Positions 34,426 through 34,563 of a stretch of 34,563 nt of DNA are shown here, piece after piece; position 1 is the first letter of the stretch, and each line of letters opens with the position of its first letter. The DNA comes from a bacterium (GTDB taxonomy: Bacteria > SAR324 > NAC60-12): positions 1 to 34,563 of the forward strand of contig CBDDTI010000217.1 of the NCBI GenBank assembly GCA_965233585.1, in the 5' to 3' direction. The notes beneath the pieces are model-generated. The model ran no database searches and was not told the origin of the DNA. It saw only the letters and a program-made list of their open reading frames with translations. The translations under genes and the position numbers were made by a program.

Positions 34426-34563
34426 CTCAGAATAGACTTAGAGATTTTGTTTTGGCTCTTCAGTCTCGTTTCCTTTGTTATAAAACTTGTTAGCAGCCAG
34501 CTACATGAACCCTTAAGTGTTCAGAAATTTTCGAATAATCGTTTTCATCATCATCAAGTCTCC

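Overview
AT-rich eukaryotic (animal) genomic DNA. The repeat repertoire suggests a marine invertebrate such as a stony coral or other cnidarian; this is an inference. The window is dominated by transposable elements. At least six non-autonomous DNA transposons have 8-9 bp target-site duplications (TSDs) and terminal inverted repeats (TIRs) built from short tandem repeats (Mutator/Foldback-like). There are also two TTAA-flanked Kolobok-like elements, several MITEs, a tRNA-derived SINE split by a 149-bp solo LTR, a near-intact CR1/L2-group LINE ORF2 broken by one in-frame TGA, and Penelope, CR1/L2 and Tx1/L1 fragments. A 179-bp hairpin-bearing satellite occurs as two oppositely oriented arrays. 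The only host gene I can support is a 33-codon first coding exon (30293-30391) resembling the NFRKB/INO80G N-terminus, preceded by an ETS motif; the rest of the window would lie in its first intron. I see no prokaryotic system and no CRISPR array. The best novelty candidates are a 3.6-kb MULE whose two diverged TIRs each carry an inward-facing ATG mini-exon with a phase-matched splice donor (MuDR-like convergent layout), the shared repeat-TIR architecture, and the inverted satellite arrays.
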